Below, piece by piece: positions 39,122 to 52,400 of a DNA stretch of 64,000 nucleotides (positions within the stretch are counted from its first letter, which is position 1; each line of letters opens with the position of its first letter). Below the pieces are notes generated by a model. The model was given only the letters and a program-made list of their open reading frames with translations, ran no database searches and was not told the DNA's origin. The DNA lies in assembly GCF_006345805.1 (NCBI RefSeq), contig NC_043002.1, forward strand, positions 9,610,001 to 9,674,000, written 5' to 3'. This DNA is from Octopus sinensis. Taxonomy: Eukaryota. The translations under genes and the position numbers were made by a program.

Positions 39122-41334
39122 GCACCCACTACACTCACGGAGTGGTTGGCATTAGGAAGGGCATCCAACTGTAGAAACACTGCCAGATCTGACTGGCCAG
39201 GTGCAGCCTTCGGGCTTCCCAGACCCCAGTTGAACCGTCCAACTCATGCTAGCATGGAAAGCGGACGTTAGACGATGATGATGATGATGATGATCTATGG
39301 TACATTACTGGTATAGTTTCCATTTATGATAGTACAGATTACACAACCCTATTCTGACCTCAAAAATAATAATTTCCAACCCTCTATGCATTATACCTTA
39401 ATAATGTAAGACCAAGTGCTTTCTCCTTTTTGATGTTTGAAGAAAAAATGTACTGTTCCTATGTCATAATTGAATAGTTACTCTGAAGGGAACCTAACTG
39501 TATAACACCTGTTTCAACAACTTGTGCAAATCTCTAAAATTGTAGAACCAGCCAACCCATCCAAGCATAGAAAACAGCTGTAAAAGTGTGAGAGTATCAA
39601 AGCAGTATTTATTTTCAAATGAAACTTTGTTTACGTAACTGTTTATATAGTGGTAGGTTCACATGTTATATTATCTGACACTCGGTGTTGGTGTATAGCT
39701 GTCAGCTCTTTGATTCACCATCAATATCCAGCTGAAGAAAATATGACAATGTTAATGTGAAGAGCTGACATTTCTGCTGAAGTTGTTGGCTGCTGAGAAT
39801 CTCTGCTGCTTCTGATTCAGATTTTCAAGACAAATTAGGAGAGTGGTATGTCCTAAATATAGTTGAGTGTCTAGTAACTTGATCTTGACTTTTACCTATG
39901 TAAATAGCTCTGCAGTTGTAATCTTGGGGGTGATGAATTTTTCCAGCAACTGTTTACTTTGCTGATTTAGATGAGGACAGCGAGAATGACTCGAAGAACC
40001 TAGATTTTGAGATATGAAGACAGGATTGAGTTGGCTTCAGTATAAGCGTTGGTCTTATTGGAATATAGCATTTAGTCATTCAAATAGCCAGCAGTTATGC
40101 AGTTGTGTTTATCAATAAACTATGTTGTTTGTTTATGTTGGAAAGAGGAAAATTGAAAACATGTATGTACATACATCAGCCTTATGATACGAAATATATA
40201 TATATTTGTCACTGTTGAAGAATATGTTTAGGTGCTTGTGACGACTGCTTTGCCATAGCATTTTGTTTATATCTACCACTTACATAAGTAAATAATGTTA
40301 GATACTTAGATTTCTTTTTTCTTTTTTTGCCTGCTAATTGAAGGGAAAGAAAAAGATATTTGTTATCAGTTTTTATGTATGTTTTTTTCTTCGCTGTCTT
40401 GTTTTTTTTTTTTTGTTTCATATTAAGATTTATTCCCCATTTTGTTTCTGTGACAGTTCTTGACATCTCTTCATCATAACGGTTGACTATTCAAATGTTT
40501 TTGGGGTTCCATCTGGTATAATTTCACAGATAAATTTCCTGTGGTCTATATAAGATAGAGTCTCTTAGTTAGCCATGTATTGCTGATCTTTGAAGGAAAA
40601 TGGGAGGTGATATGTAGAATTCTATCTTTAGATCTAATTAAAGCACATTTTTGAATTACAATAATTTTATTGGTTATCATTGTGTTATTATGGTTTCCAT
40701 AGCTTGAAGACTATCATCATCATTTAAACGTCCGTTTTCCATGCTAGCATGGGTTGGACAGTTCGACTGGGGTCTGGGAAGGCAGGAGGCTGCACCAGGC
40801 CCAGTCTGATCTGGCAGTGTTTCTACAGCTGGATGCCCTTCCTAACGCCAACCACTCTGAGAGTGTAGTGGGTGCTTTTTACGTGCCAGGCGAGGCTGGC
40901 AACGGCCACGATCGGTTGGTGCTTTTTACGTACCAGTATTTTTACCGGTTAGTGAGGTATAATTTAATGTAATAAATGATTTATCTGTTTTATTTCATTG
41001 CATCATGTATCTGATTAGAATCGTCGACTTTCTCCTTTCTCATTATTATTTTTATCAACACACCTATTTGTTCCATGTTTAATTATTTCTCCATTTATTG
41101 TTTTAGTCATAGTTACCGCCATCCACATTTCGCTAGTGACATTCTTTTTTAATTCATTCACCATCTACTCTCATCACATCAATCTCATAGTTTTGATATT
41201 ATAAGCTACCAATTCAGAATTGGTATTCTTGTTCATCAAATTACATTTAAGGTAATGAACATTGTCTAACAGCTGGCCAGGTTGGATTTCTAGTTGCACC
41301 TATTTTAGAGAAAGCTATGATTTTTTCATTTTTC

Positions 41335-41800
41335 GTTTCATTTCATCTAGTTTCAGCTCACGAGCTGTGGCCATGCTGAGGCACCGCTATTCGGTGTTGC
41401 TACATGATCTTACTTTACGAATGCTTTTTAACAATTGACATTTGGTGTATGAGATAGTTTGATGCAGCTGCCCTCATCTGCACCTCCTGCCATGAAGTTG
41501 GTTCATCTGGGACACCTGACAGGAAGAAGTCCAGCTTTATTTTGAAGACACCTACATTCACCCCATGCAGGTCTCTCAGGTCCTTCGGGAGGATATTGAA
41601 GAGCTGTGGACCTCTGAAGCCCAGGCTATTGCAGTATCTTGTCCTACATCTTGATGGCAAATTTGGAGTCCTTGGCACTATGCAGTGGTGCCCAGTTCTA
41701 GTATGATAGTCATAACTACCATTTCCACAGGCTTTATAATCATTAAAGTCGATCACCCATTGATGATACACCAACTTGGTAAAATTTCATGCTAGCCAGT
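41335..41800 (-). mobile_element. CR1-like LINE 3' end with 3' UTR
   Basis: RTRYCNSLGFRGPQLFNILPKDLRDL..FKIKLDFFLSGVPDEP; tail gcggtgcctcagcatggccacagctcgtgagctgaaactag. Confidence 0.85.
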
Positions 41801-42037
41801 AAGAAGAGTCAATTGACATATATTTCTTTTGTGATGTTTCTTCTGATCTATTACTCTGTTTCTTTTGTAATATTACCAAGAAATTATTTATACTCAAAGG
41901 TACTGAAAAAAAAAAAATACTACTATTCTGAACGATATTTTAATAAATTAAAAGTTGCTGGGGAATAGATGTGTGCATCTGTGTGGTATGATGACCTGAA
42001 AGAGTTTGAGAGCTACAGTTCTTGGTGTATCTGAAAT

Positions 42038-42590
42038 ATCATCATCATCGTTTAACGTCCGCTTTCCATGCTAGCATGGGTTGGACAATTCTGACTGAGG
42101 GCTGGCAAACCAGATGGCTGCACCTGGCTCCAGTCTTGATCTGGCAGAGTTTCTACAGCTGGATGCCCTTCCTAACGCCAACCACTCCAAGAGCATAGTG
42201 GGTGCTTTTTAAGTGCCACCGGCACAGGGGCCAGTCATGTGGTACTGGCAACGACCTCGCTTGAATCTTTTTACACGTGCCACCAGCACAGGTGCCAGTA
42301 AGGTGACATTGGTAACGATCATGCTCAAATGGTGCCCTTTTATATGCCGCCGGCACAGAAGCCAGTTGGCTGCTCTGGCAACAATCACGCTTGGATGGTG
42401 CTCTTGGCACCCTACTAGCACGGGCACAAGTGCCAGTAAGGCGACACTGGTAACAATCACACTCAAATGGTACCTTTTATGTGCCACTGGCATGGAAGCT
42501 GGTTAGCCGCTCTGTCAACGATCACGCTCGTATGGTGCTCTTTGCACTCCGCCAGCATGGATGCCAGTCATCGAATGTGATTTTGAAGAA
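42038..42590 (-). mobile_element. RTE 3' UTR with about 6 heterogeneous modules
   Basis: Same module grammar as 28720-29250. Confidence 0.85.
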
Positions 42591-43446
42591 GATAAGGTGC
42601 ATTAACAGCATCTAAATTTAATCATTTGCTAACTTGTTTTATATTTTGTTTAAATGATTGCTCAAATTGTTTTCCCTCAACCTTGAAGAAGACTGTTTAG
42701 CACCCACTCCTTAATGGAGGACACAGGTATAATTTGAAAAGGTAGCGAGCTGGCAGAAACATTAGCACGCCGGGCGAAATGCTTACCAGTATTTCGTCTG
42801 CCGTTACATTCTGAGTTCAAATTCCGCCGAGGTCGACTTTGCCTTTCATCCTTTTGGGGTCGATTAAATAAGTACCAGTTACGCACTGGGGTCGATATAA
42901 TCGACTTAATCCGTCTGTCTGTCCTTGTTTGCCCTCTCTGTGTTTAGCCCCTTGTGGGTAGTAAAGAAATAGGTATAATTTGAACTTGCAATCTCTGAAG
43001 CAGCAGTTCACACATTTTTTTTATTCAGTTACAATATTTTTCTTTAAAAACAAATGTTTTTAATAATTCAAACATTGTTCTGTTCTGTAACAGATAATTT
43101 CTTGCCATGCTGAATACCTGATCCAATTTCGATTCTTAGCTAAACGCAACTGTAATCTTGATGTATTTATATAAATTTTTTATGTTAGTGCAAACCACAA
43201 ATTAGTCATTTCCGTTTGCTGCAGAAGGATGAGAGTTGATCCCAAAATATAAAAGTCATTAAATGTTGTTGACTTCATCCAATTTGAAACCACTAATGGT
43301 TGTATGAAACAAAACTTGTTTGTTTTTTAAGTATTTATAACTTTTCCTCATAAAAAGTATGATGTTTTTTTTCTTTTTTTTTTTGCTAAATCCAAGCATT
43401 AGCTGTAGAATGTAAAAAAGTTATTTTGATAAATTTTCCCAGCTTC

Positions 43447-43479
<33 letters not shown>

Positions 43480-43914
43480 GATTAACGTCCGCTTTCCATG
43501 CTAGCATGGGTTGGACGGTTCAACTGGGGTCTGGGAAACCCGAAGGCTGCACCAGGCCCAGTCTGATCTGGCAGTGTTTCTACAGCTGGATGCCCTTCCT
43601 AACACCAACCACTCCGTGAGTATAGTGGGTGCTTTTTATGTGCCACCGACATAGGTGCCAGACGAGGCTGGCGAACGGCCATGCTCGGATGGTGTTTTTT
43701 ATGTGCCACCGGCACGGAGGCCAGGCGAGGCTGGCATGGCCCGAGGCTGGCATGGCCTTGATTATTTTCTTGATTATTTTAATGCCATTTGGAACATACA
43801 GGCAGTGTACTTCATTAGAAGTGAGTTAATTAACTGCTCTATTCTTTTGGCTCCCTTTCCCCATAAATTTGATCTTTAAGCATGGAAGTTTAATGAGTCG
43901 AACATACTGTGAAT

Positions 43915-45600
43915 CTTTCATGAATAGAACAGAAGATGACCAGCAAGGAGAAGAAGGGTCTGGAGACTTAAAGATCCTGCAAATGGACAGAGATTTAGAG
44001 ACATATTACTCGAAGCCTTTGACGAAATAGAAGGGGATATAGCTTCAAATGGTATAGAGGACAACTGGAGGTTCTTACTGGACAACCTGCTAAGGGCCAC
44101 CGACCAGATCTGTGGATGGTGCAAAGTCCCCTCTCGACCCAAAATAACGTGGTGGTGGGACAATGTTGTAGACAAGGCTATTAGACAAAAGAAACAGGCT
44201 TGGAAAGATTGGAAGAACGGTGGTAGCAGGGAATTGTATCAGACTGCCAGAAGGGAAGCTAAGAGGCAGGTTTATTTAGCCAGAGGTGAAGCAGATAAGA
44301 AAAAAATTTGCCGATGTTCTGCACCGTGAGGACCAAAGACTTGAGGTATTTCGTATTGCAAGACAGTGTGTGAGAGAGAATCGTGATGTGGTAGGAAAGA
44401 AATGTGTTTGCATGGATGATAGTTCACTTGCGCTAAATGAGGATGTAAAGAGAGAGGTTTGGAGAGGCCACTATGAAAGGTTGCTGAATAAAGAAAATGA
44501 ATGGGAGAAAGAGAATCTGCCGAATGTCGACCCAACAGAGGGACCAGCTATCCGAGTTGACAGTACCTTGGTAGTTTAGGCAATTAGAAGTATGAAGACA
44601 GGGAAAGCCCCAGGCCCATCAGGAATTACTGCAGAGATGCTCAAAATATCTGGCAGTGTCGGCTATAGCCTAGTCACCGTATAGTTAACCAGGTGGTACA
44701 CGAAGGAGTCATACCCAATGACTGGTGTAGTAGCATAATAGTCAACTGCTACAAAGGTAAAGGTGACGCTTTAGATACAAATAATTACAGAAGTATCAAG
44801 CTGTTGGATCAGGTAATGAAAGTTATGGAGAGGGTCATAGCCCAACTGATTAGGGAGAGAGTCAACTTGGACGAGATGCAGTTTGGATTCGTGCCAGGGA
44901 AAAGCACCACTGATGCCATATTTCTGCTAAGACAGCTGCAGGAGAAATACCTAGCCAAAGATAAGCCCCTGTACCTGGCTTTTGTTGACATGGAGAAAGC
45001 CTTTGGCAGGGTCCCCCCCCTCCGATCCCTTATCTGGTGGTCAATGAGGAAACTAGGGATAGATGAATGGTTAGTGAGAGCTGTGCAAGCCATGTACAGG
45101 GATGCTGTAAGTAAGGTGAGGGTTGGCAACGAGTACGCTGAAGAATTCAGGGTAGAGGTAGGGGCCCACCAAGGTTCAGTCCTCAGCCCCCTCCTATTTA
45201 TCAGTCCTCCTGGCAATAACGGAGGAATTCAAGACAGGATGCCCCTGGATGCTCCTCTATGCTGATGACCTTGCTCTAATTGCTGAGTCACTATCAGAAC
45301 TAGAGGAGAAGTTTCAAGTGTGGAAACAAGGATTAGAATCGAAGGGCCTTAGAGTCAAACTAGCTAAAACCAAAGTCCTAACAAGTAGGAAGGCAGGCAA
45401 ACCACAAATCCCTTCAGGTAGATGGCCCTGCTCAATCTGTAGTAGAGGCGTAGGTAGAAACTCTGTAAGATGTACCCAGTGTAAGCTATGGACATATAAG
45501 AGATGCAGTAATATCAAAGGAAGGCTAACTAGGAAGATAGTTTTTGTATGTGGCAGATGCTCGGGAGCGATAAACACTGAAAATGCGCAGAGACCAGCAT
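43915..45600 (+). mobile_element. RTE ORF fragment (RT plus Cys-rich PHD-like finger), frameshifted
   Basis: KAPGPSGI; IPNDWCSSIIVNCYKGKGDA; QFGFVPGKST; HQGSVLSPLLF; LLYADD; WPCSIC...CTQCKLWTYKRC...CGRC. Confidence 0.92.
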
Positions 45601-46429
45601 TTAGCAGAAAATTTTTGAATCTAGCATTTAGCAGAGAAAAAAGCAGATTTAAAATTTTATTTAGTCTTTTTTAAATATTTTTCTCTGTTCATGATATTTC
45701 TGCAATAGTTACCTTTTTTCTTTTTCCTCCTTTTCTCCTTTTGTTGATGTATCATATAGCCAAATTTTAGTACTATCTCCGCTATTGTTGAATTTTTCTT
45801 TCACTTCCTTGAAACTTCAAATGAAAGTTTATCAAAAGGCAGTTTCTCAAGTTATGAACTTTTCCAGGCTGCTATACAGAGTGGTACTGGTGGGTGGAAG
45901 GGGAGAAGATGACTCATATCAGCACCTGAACTCACTACACAATAATGTAAATATGTTTCAAAGAATGAAAGCATGGAAATTCTTGTCCTAACAATGCTTT
46001 ATTCTGTAGTGATGAGTTCTTATCATGACAGGTTGACTGATTTAAAATAGGCCTTTGTTTTTTCATGCTTGTTTTGGATTATATACCTTGTATAGAAGTA
46101 GTGGGGGGGGGGGCAGTGTGTCCCCCTTTATATTTCTACTTACCTTTTTTTTTCAAGTATTGTAGTTATATTTGTGGTTTTACCAATAGATATTAAATGT
46201 AAGATTGGAAGTGAAATATGATGTTCCCAGGTTTATATCAGAACACAGTTTTAGGATTTCGGCAGATTTTACTTTTCCATTTATAAGTTGGCCACCTTGC
46301 ATCCTGAATCAGTATTCTTCACCTCAAGAATTTGTGAGCAGCAAACATAAGAATTGTTAATGGCAAATGGAAGAATGTTAGCGACAAACTGATAAGTTAT
46401 GTTTTCAATTCTATATTAGTCATTCAATT

Positions 46430-47480
46430 TATTTTCTCGCTTCCCTCTACATTATAATTAGCAAAGAAAAAACAAAGTTGTACCAGCAAAAATTTCGAAA
46501 GGAATGGCTTAAGATGCCACCGTTTACTAAGTGGTTGTGTGAAGTACCTAGTGACCAATCTAAAGCACATTGCGGATATTGTAGATGTAATATGTTGGCA
46601 AAATATTCTCTGTGAAGCAAAGAAACATAAAGTATCAATTGACTCCACAGCAAATGATTCCGCTAACCAATTTTATTAAATCCAAAAATGATAAGACATC
46701 TATGCTAGAAGCAAATTTAGCAATGTTTGTTTGTTGCCACTCACCATTTAATAGCTGTGATCACTTAATAGAGTTATGTAAGAATTATATGTCTGATAGT
46801 GATATTATGTCCAAAGTGAAATTACATTGTACAAAATGTGTGCAAAATATTGTGAGAAATGTTCTATCTCCATATTTTGGTGGAGATTTGATTTTCGATA
46901 GAGGAGATGGACAATTTAGCCTGTTATTAGATGAATCCAATGATAATAGCGATAAACAAATTGTTATGAATTGACACTCACAAAAAAGTGGTACATACAT
47001 ATCTCAGTATGGTATCTTTAGAAACGTGATGCAGATGGTGTTGTAGATGCCTTAAAAATTGAATTAGTGAAAAAGAAATTAGATATAAAAAATTTACTGG
47101 CTATAGGAACTGACAATGCTAGAGTAATGATAGGAGTCAACAATGGTGCTTTCCAGAAATTAAAAGAAATTCCATCATTACTTCTATTTAGATGTTATGC
47201 TTTACATTTGGCAGTATCCCACACTTGTGCTGAATGCTTGCCCATAAAAAGTACTAGGCTTACAAAGAATAAGTTCTGGGGTTCATTTGTTTAACTAAAG
47301 GCAGTGCTCCAGCATAGCCACAATCAAATGACTGAAACAAGTATAAGAGAATCTGAAACCTATAAACGGTCTTCTCATTCTTCAACAAGACAAAGTGCCT
47401 ACAAACAACTTAACCTTGCTATCAATGATTAAGAGCCTTTGAAGATTGTGAATTCTTGTACAACTTGGTGGCTGTCAATA
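46430..47480 (+). mobile_element. Decayed hAT transposase fragment
   Basis: WLCEVPSDQSKAHCGYC (BED-like finger); FSLLLDES; IGTDNARVM; RCYALHL. Confidence 0.75.
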
Positions 47481-47714
47481 GAACCAGCTCTTTTACTCTT
47501 TTATTTGTTTCAGTCATGTGACTGTGGCCATGCTGGAGCACTGCCTTTTGGTCAAGCAAATCGACCCAGGTCTTATTCTTTGTAAGCCTTGTACTTATTC
47601 TATCGGTCTCTTTTGCTGAACTGCTAAGTTACGGGGGATGTAAACACTCCAGCATCGATTGTCAAGCGATGTTGTGGGGACAAACACAGACACACATACA
47701 TAAATATATATAAA

Positions 47715-47774
<60 letters not shown>

Positions 47775-47914
47775 GTATTGATCCATGATAGAAAATTCAA
47801 CAAAAAAAGGAGCACATTGTTGCTGATCTCATAAAGAGAGAGGGATAAGTTATATTAAATCACTGAGTGAGAGATGAACAGTAACAGTACAGAATCATAA
47901 AATGTGTGTGTATA

Positions 47915-47976
<62 letters not shown>

Positions 47977-48427
47977 AGGGAGGGACAGTGAGTGTGTGTT
48001 TGTGTGAATATTGTACAGTACATATGTAGAGAAGTATGCATGGATATTTTTGTATGTTTCTAGACATATAATAGCCTGATTGAGAATCCATGTTGTACCC
48101 CTAATAACCCAAAGCTTACATCAAGATGGGTGCATTCAACCATGCACAGTATATATTAACAAAGAGAATAGAGTGAGCAATTCTATTGCACAATGTTGAT
48201 GAAGCAATTATAGAATTATGCGATAAGATGAATTGCTTACTCTGTGTCCTTGTCAGTACTTATATAAACTCTACCAGTGTCTACAGGTTTTCAGATATAT
48301 CACCAGTAAAGCAATTGATTTTTGTTGTATAATAGTACCTGATAGCTGATACCCATTGCTGGACTTTATAACACACAAACACCCCAAAGTTAAAACGCCA
48401 ACAGAATTCATTCATTTATATATATTA

Positions 48428-49911
48428 TTGGATCATCCCATGAATAATGCGGTTTTTTTATACTTCTTTTGTTTTTCAAATTTAAGATTAAAAAAGAACT
48501 TTGTTTATCTAAACTGTACTCTCCTTCATTTTCTACAATGCTCTCCCATATATCTGGTAGACTTGCAAGGCCCCTTTACCAAAATTCATTTAACCGTGAT
48601 GAAAAATACTCCCCCAGTACCTATTTATTTACTACCCACAAGGGGCTAAACACAGAGAGGACAAACAAAGACAGACAAACGGATTAAGTCGATTATATTG
48701 ACCCCAGTGCACAACTGGTACTTATTTAATCGACCCTGAAAGGATGAAAGGCAAAGTCAACCGTGGCAGAATTTGAACTCAGAACGTAGCGGCAGACAAA
48801 ATATCGCTAAGCATTTTGCCCGGCGCGCTAACGATTCTGCCAGCTCCCTCAGTACTGTTCTGACCTCATCTACAGAATTCATATTTCTTCCATCCAAATT
48901 ATTTTTGAAGACAGTGGAATAAATGATAATCAGATGGAGCAATGTCTGTGAATATGGTGCGTGGGGCATTGTTTCCCATTCAGACTGTTCCACCCTTTGG
49001 AATGTCATCCTCGCTGTATGTAGCTAAGCATTATCCTGATAGAAGAACACCTTTTGTCTTGAAACCAAAGATGGTCATTTTTCTTCTTGTGCTGACTTAA
49101 GCTGCTCACAGTTCATCTCCTTTGTTATTGTTTGGTTTGGGTTTAAAAGTTTGAAGTATACTAACCTTTCATATCTCACCAAACAGATAATACCTTAGGT
49201 CAGCGAAGACCTTCTTTAGTCTGGGGTGCCGGTGTTTCTCCTTTCCCCTACCCACTGTCTTTGGCGCTTGACATTTTTATAGAGAACTCATTTGTCACCA
49301 GTATTCAGTCCAAAAAGGGTATATTTGTGAGGCGTAACAGCAAAAAGAGCACACATTCACTCTCTGCACATGATTAGACTCAAAAAATTTATGAGGAACC
49401 CTTAACCCAATTTGCTGACTTTTCCAATGGCATGCACGTGTCGATGAATGGTTGAATGACCAAATCCAAGCTTCCCTGCTTGTTCCTCAACAGTTTTGAT
49501 GGGATTTTGTTCCACCAGGGTTTGCAGGACATCTTCGTCGAGCTCTACAATACTTATATATCTCTTCCAGGATAGCACTCATCTTCTGGGTTGTATTTTC
49601 CAGCTCGGAATTTCTGGAACCACCGTTGACATTGGCTTATGCTTATTGTCCAATCTCCATATACTGCATTAATTATTCCTTGCACTTTGTGTTGCATTGT
49701 TGCTTTTATTGAGTATGCTCCTTTGTCACTTCCATTATAACGTTGAAAAAATAACTGTTAAAATCGAACTGCACTCTTCAAAACTTGCACTAAGAACAAG
49801 TACAAGGTAAGATTACTACCTGCTTTTATAGTTGATGCAAGTAATTTATCCCATCACCCTCCAGTTTTTTATACTATTGAAAAAAAACACATTTTTTATG
49901 GGATGACCCAG
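48428..49911 (-). mobile_element. Full-length decayed mariner, interrupted by SINE A (48617-48845)
   Basis: TIRs TA|ttggatcatcccat... and ...atgggatgacccag|TA. Minus translation includes CQRWFQKFRAG, QDNA, PHAPYS and ESIVENEGEY. Confidence 0.88.
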
Positions 49912-50581
49912 TATATATAGGTGGATCAATAGATGTATATTACATACCTATTGATGTATGCTACATATATTGATGTATGTTTAAATGTATGTATTAATCG
50001 TTAATATATTTATTAGATTTATCGATTAATTTCTGTATGTATTGTGTGTATTCATGTATATGTGTCTTCATCCTTTCAGGGTCGATAACTTAAGTACCAG
50101 TTACGCACTGGGGTTGATGTAATCAACTTAATCCGTTTGTCTGTCCTTGTTTGTCCCCTCTGTGTTTAGCCCCTTGTGGTTAGTAAAGAAATATATATGT
50201 ACTGAATATATATAGATATATAAGTATTGTGCGTGTGCGCGCACGTGCACACTGTTTCTTAAGTATTTTTCGTAGCTTCTTTGATGACAAAACTTCACTG
50301 AATTCATTTTTGTGTGAATGATTGATTTGTCTTTCATCTTGGTTTCCATTTCATTGCCTGTCTTTTTTGTAGAATCAGTAAATTTTATTGTAAATTTTCT
50401 TACCAACAATAGTGATATACTATTGCCATCTGTATCTTTTGATGACTCAAAGTAATATTAAGAAACATAATTTTCACATCAGAACTAAACACTGTTAAAT
50501 GCTTATTGTTTGGAATATTTTGTTTATATTATAGACATTACTGAACATTATGTCTTTGATAACTTTATTTTCATCCCACAG

Positions 50582-50797
50582 GACTCAAACACTAAATGCT
50601 CAAAGAAACCAAGTGATATGGATTCTGGCTGTTCTTTGGAATCCAATGATTTTGGTTTGGAGCATTCTAGTGAGTCTACCGAGTCACAACCAACAACACA
50701 CATAGCCTCCAGTGAAGAGAATTCTTGTCCTGACGTGGCACTCGTTGAGTCTGACTCAGACTTTTATGAGGACGAGTCAATCAACTTAGCTTCTAAT
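50582..50797 (+). CDS. Candidate alternative exon of the RASSF-like gene (acidic, Ser-rich, 72 codons)
   Basis: Acceptor aactttattttcatcccacag|GAC, phase 0, open for 72 codons to a weak donor AAT|gtgatt. If that donor is not used, there is a TAA stop at 50807-50809. No homology recognised. Confidence 0.4.
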
Positions 50798-52109
50798 GTG
50801 ATTTTTTAAAAAACTTCTTTGTTCAGTTGTAATTCGTTATCACTGTAACCTATTAACTATTTTGGTGTTATGTTACAGTTTTAGTAACAAAAATAGTTTA
50901 CTTTTGTAACGAGCATGGTGTGATATCTAATTTAATTCTTCTTTTTGCTCTTTCTCTATGTAGTCATTGCTTTTGGTTTGTTTGTTATTTTAATAGTGTG
51001 TATATTATACTAATCTGATATCTTATAAACAACTGTTATTTTAATAGACATAGTGCATTGTTATATCGGAGGAGAGTTCCACACATTTTTCTGATATTTT
51101 ATTTCATGGCAAAAATAAAATAAAATGGGCAACTGTGTAATAAAATACCACATTTGGGATTAAGTCAGATCAGCTGTCAGTTTCCTTTAAATCTATTAAC
51201 ATTTCAGTAAATTTTGAAGTATTTTTGTTTTATCTACAACAGCTTAATGATGGAGTTGATTAACTTTCTGAGTTGCACGGTTTTGTTACCATGTTCTAAA
51301 GGAAATTTCAAGCTGTATATTCCAATACACATCTTTTCGTTGCACTCTGTTACAGCTACAATATTAACTGCTAACAGATTTTATCTGTCTTTATGTTATA
51401 AATAAACACACTCAACTATTTATATCCAAACCACCTCCTATCTCAAAACCCCATGGTTGAAGCAACCTTTTTTAACATCACTGCAATGCCTGCTTACACA
51501 CACACACACACACACACACACGCCATCATCATAATCATCATCATTGTTTTACATTCATTTTCCATACATGGGTTCAACAGTTTGACAGTGACAGAATCTC
51601 TAAGTCAACAGACTACACTGTGATCCAATATCTGCTTTAGAATGTTATTGGCTGGCTGGATGGCCTTAACATCAAATCACTTGGGTGCTTTTTATCATGG
51701 CACCAGCACTAGTGAGGTCACTAGGTAACTTGCAAAAAAAGACTTCTCAGCACTACAAAGGGGGAGTGTAATACTTAAGGAAGTAGTTTTATGTCAAGTA
51801 TTGAGAAGCTAAAGCATGGTAAAGGGATAGGAACAGGTATCTTGCTGTAGGGGAAATACATGGAAAGAGAGAAAAATGGTGATGAGGTATCTGGGCAACC
51901 CTCAAGGTTCAAGAAGGTGAATATAAGAGAGAGAATAGGGACAGAGGATCAGGAAGGATGGGTAGGTAAGATCACAAGTGTGTGAAAGGAGAGTGACTGA
52001 TGGTTAGAACTAGAGATTGAAATGAATTCAGTGGATCATGGGTGGATCATTGTGAATATCGGTTGGAGAATGATGAAGGAAACAGAAGTGGATTATGGAA
52101 GAGGATCAT

Positions 52110-52400
52110 CATCATCATTGTTCGACCGTGGTCGAGACAATGGAATTTACTATGCTACGCCAGACTTCACGGTCCATCAGGGCATTACGGAGGTCCTGTT
52201 GCTGGATGCCTGAATCCCTGGAGATTACATCAGGGTAGGAGAGTGTGCACCCTCTGGTATTGCGAGTAGATGGCTTCCAGAGGAGAAGAGTAGAAATTAC
52301 CTCGTTCTCAGCTCTACAACAATGTCCAGCAAACTGGACTCTCCTACCTTCTACAAGAGATGACACAGGTGGTAATTTCCCATATATTTCTACTTTTGGT
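52110..52400 (-). mobile_element. RTE LINE 3' end (third family); stop codon runs into a (TGA)n tail
   Basis: RRVQFAGHCCRAENEVISTLLLWKP...MDREVWRSIV. Confidence 0.8.

Noticed and set aside
38504-39180. 175-200 aa repetitive ORFs on the minus strand
   Set aside because: By-products of the stop-poor 68-bp tandem repeat.
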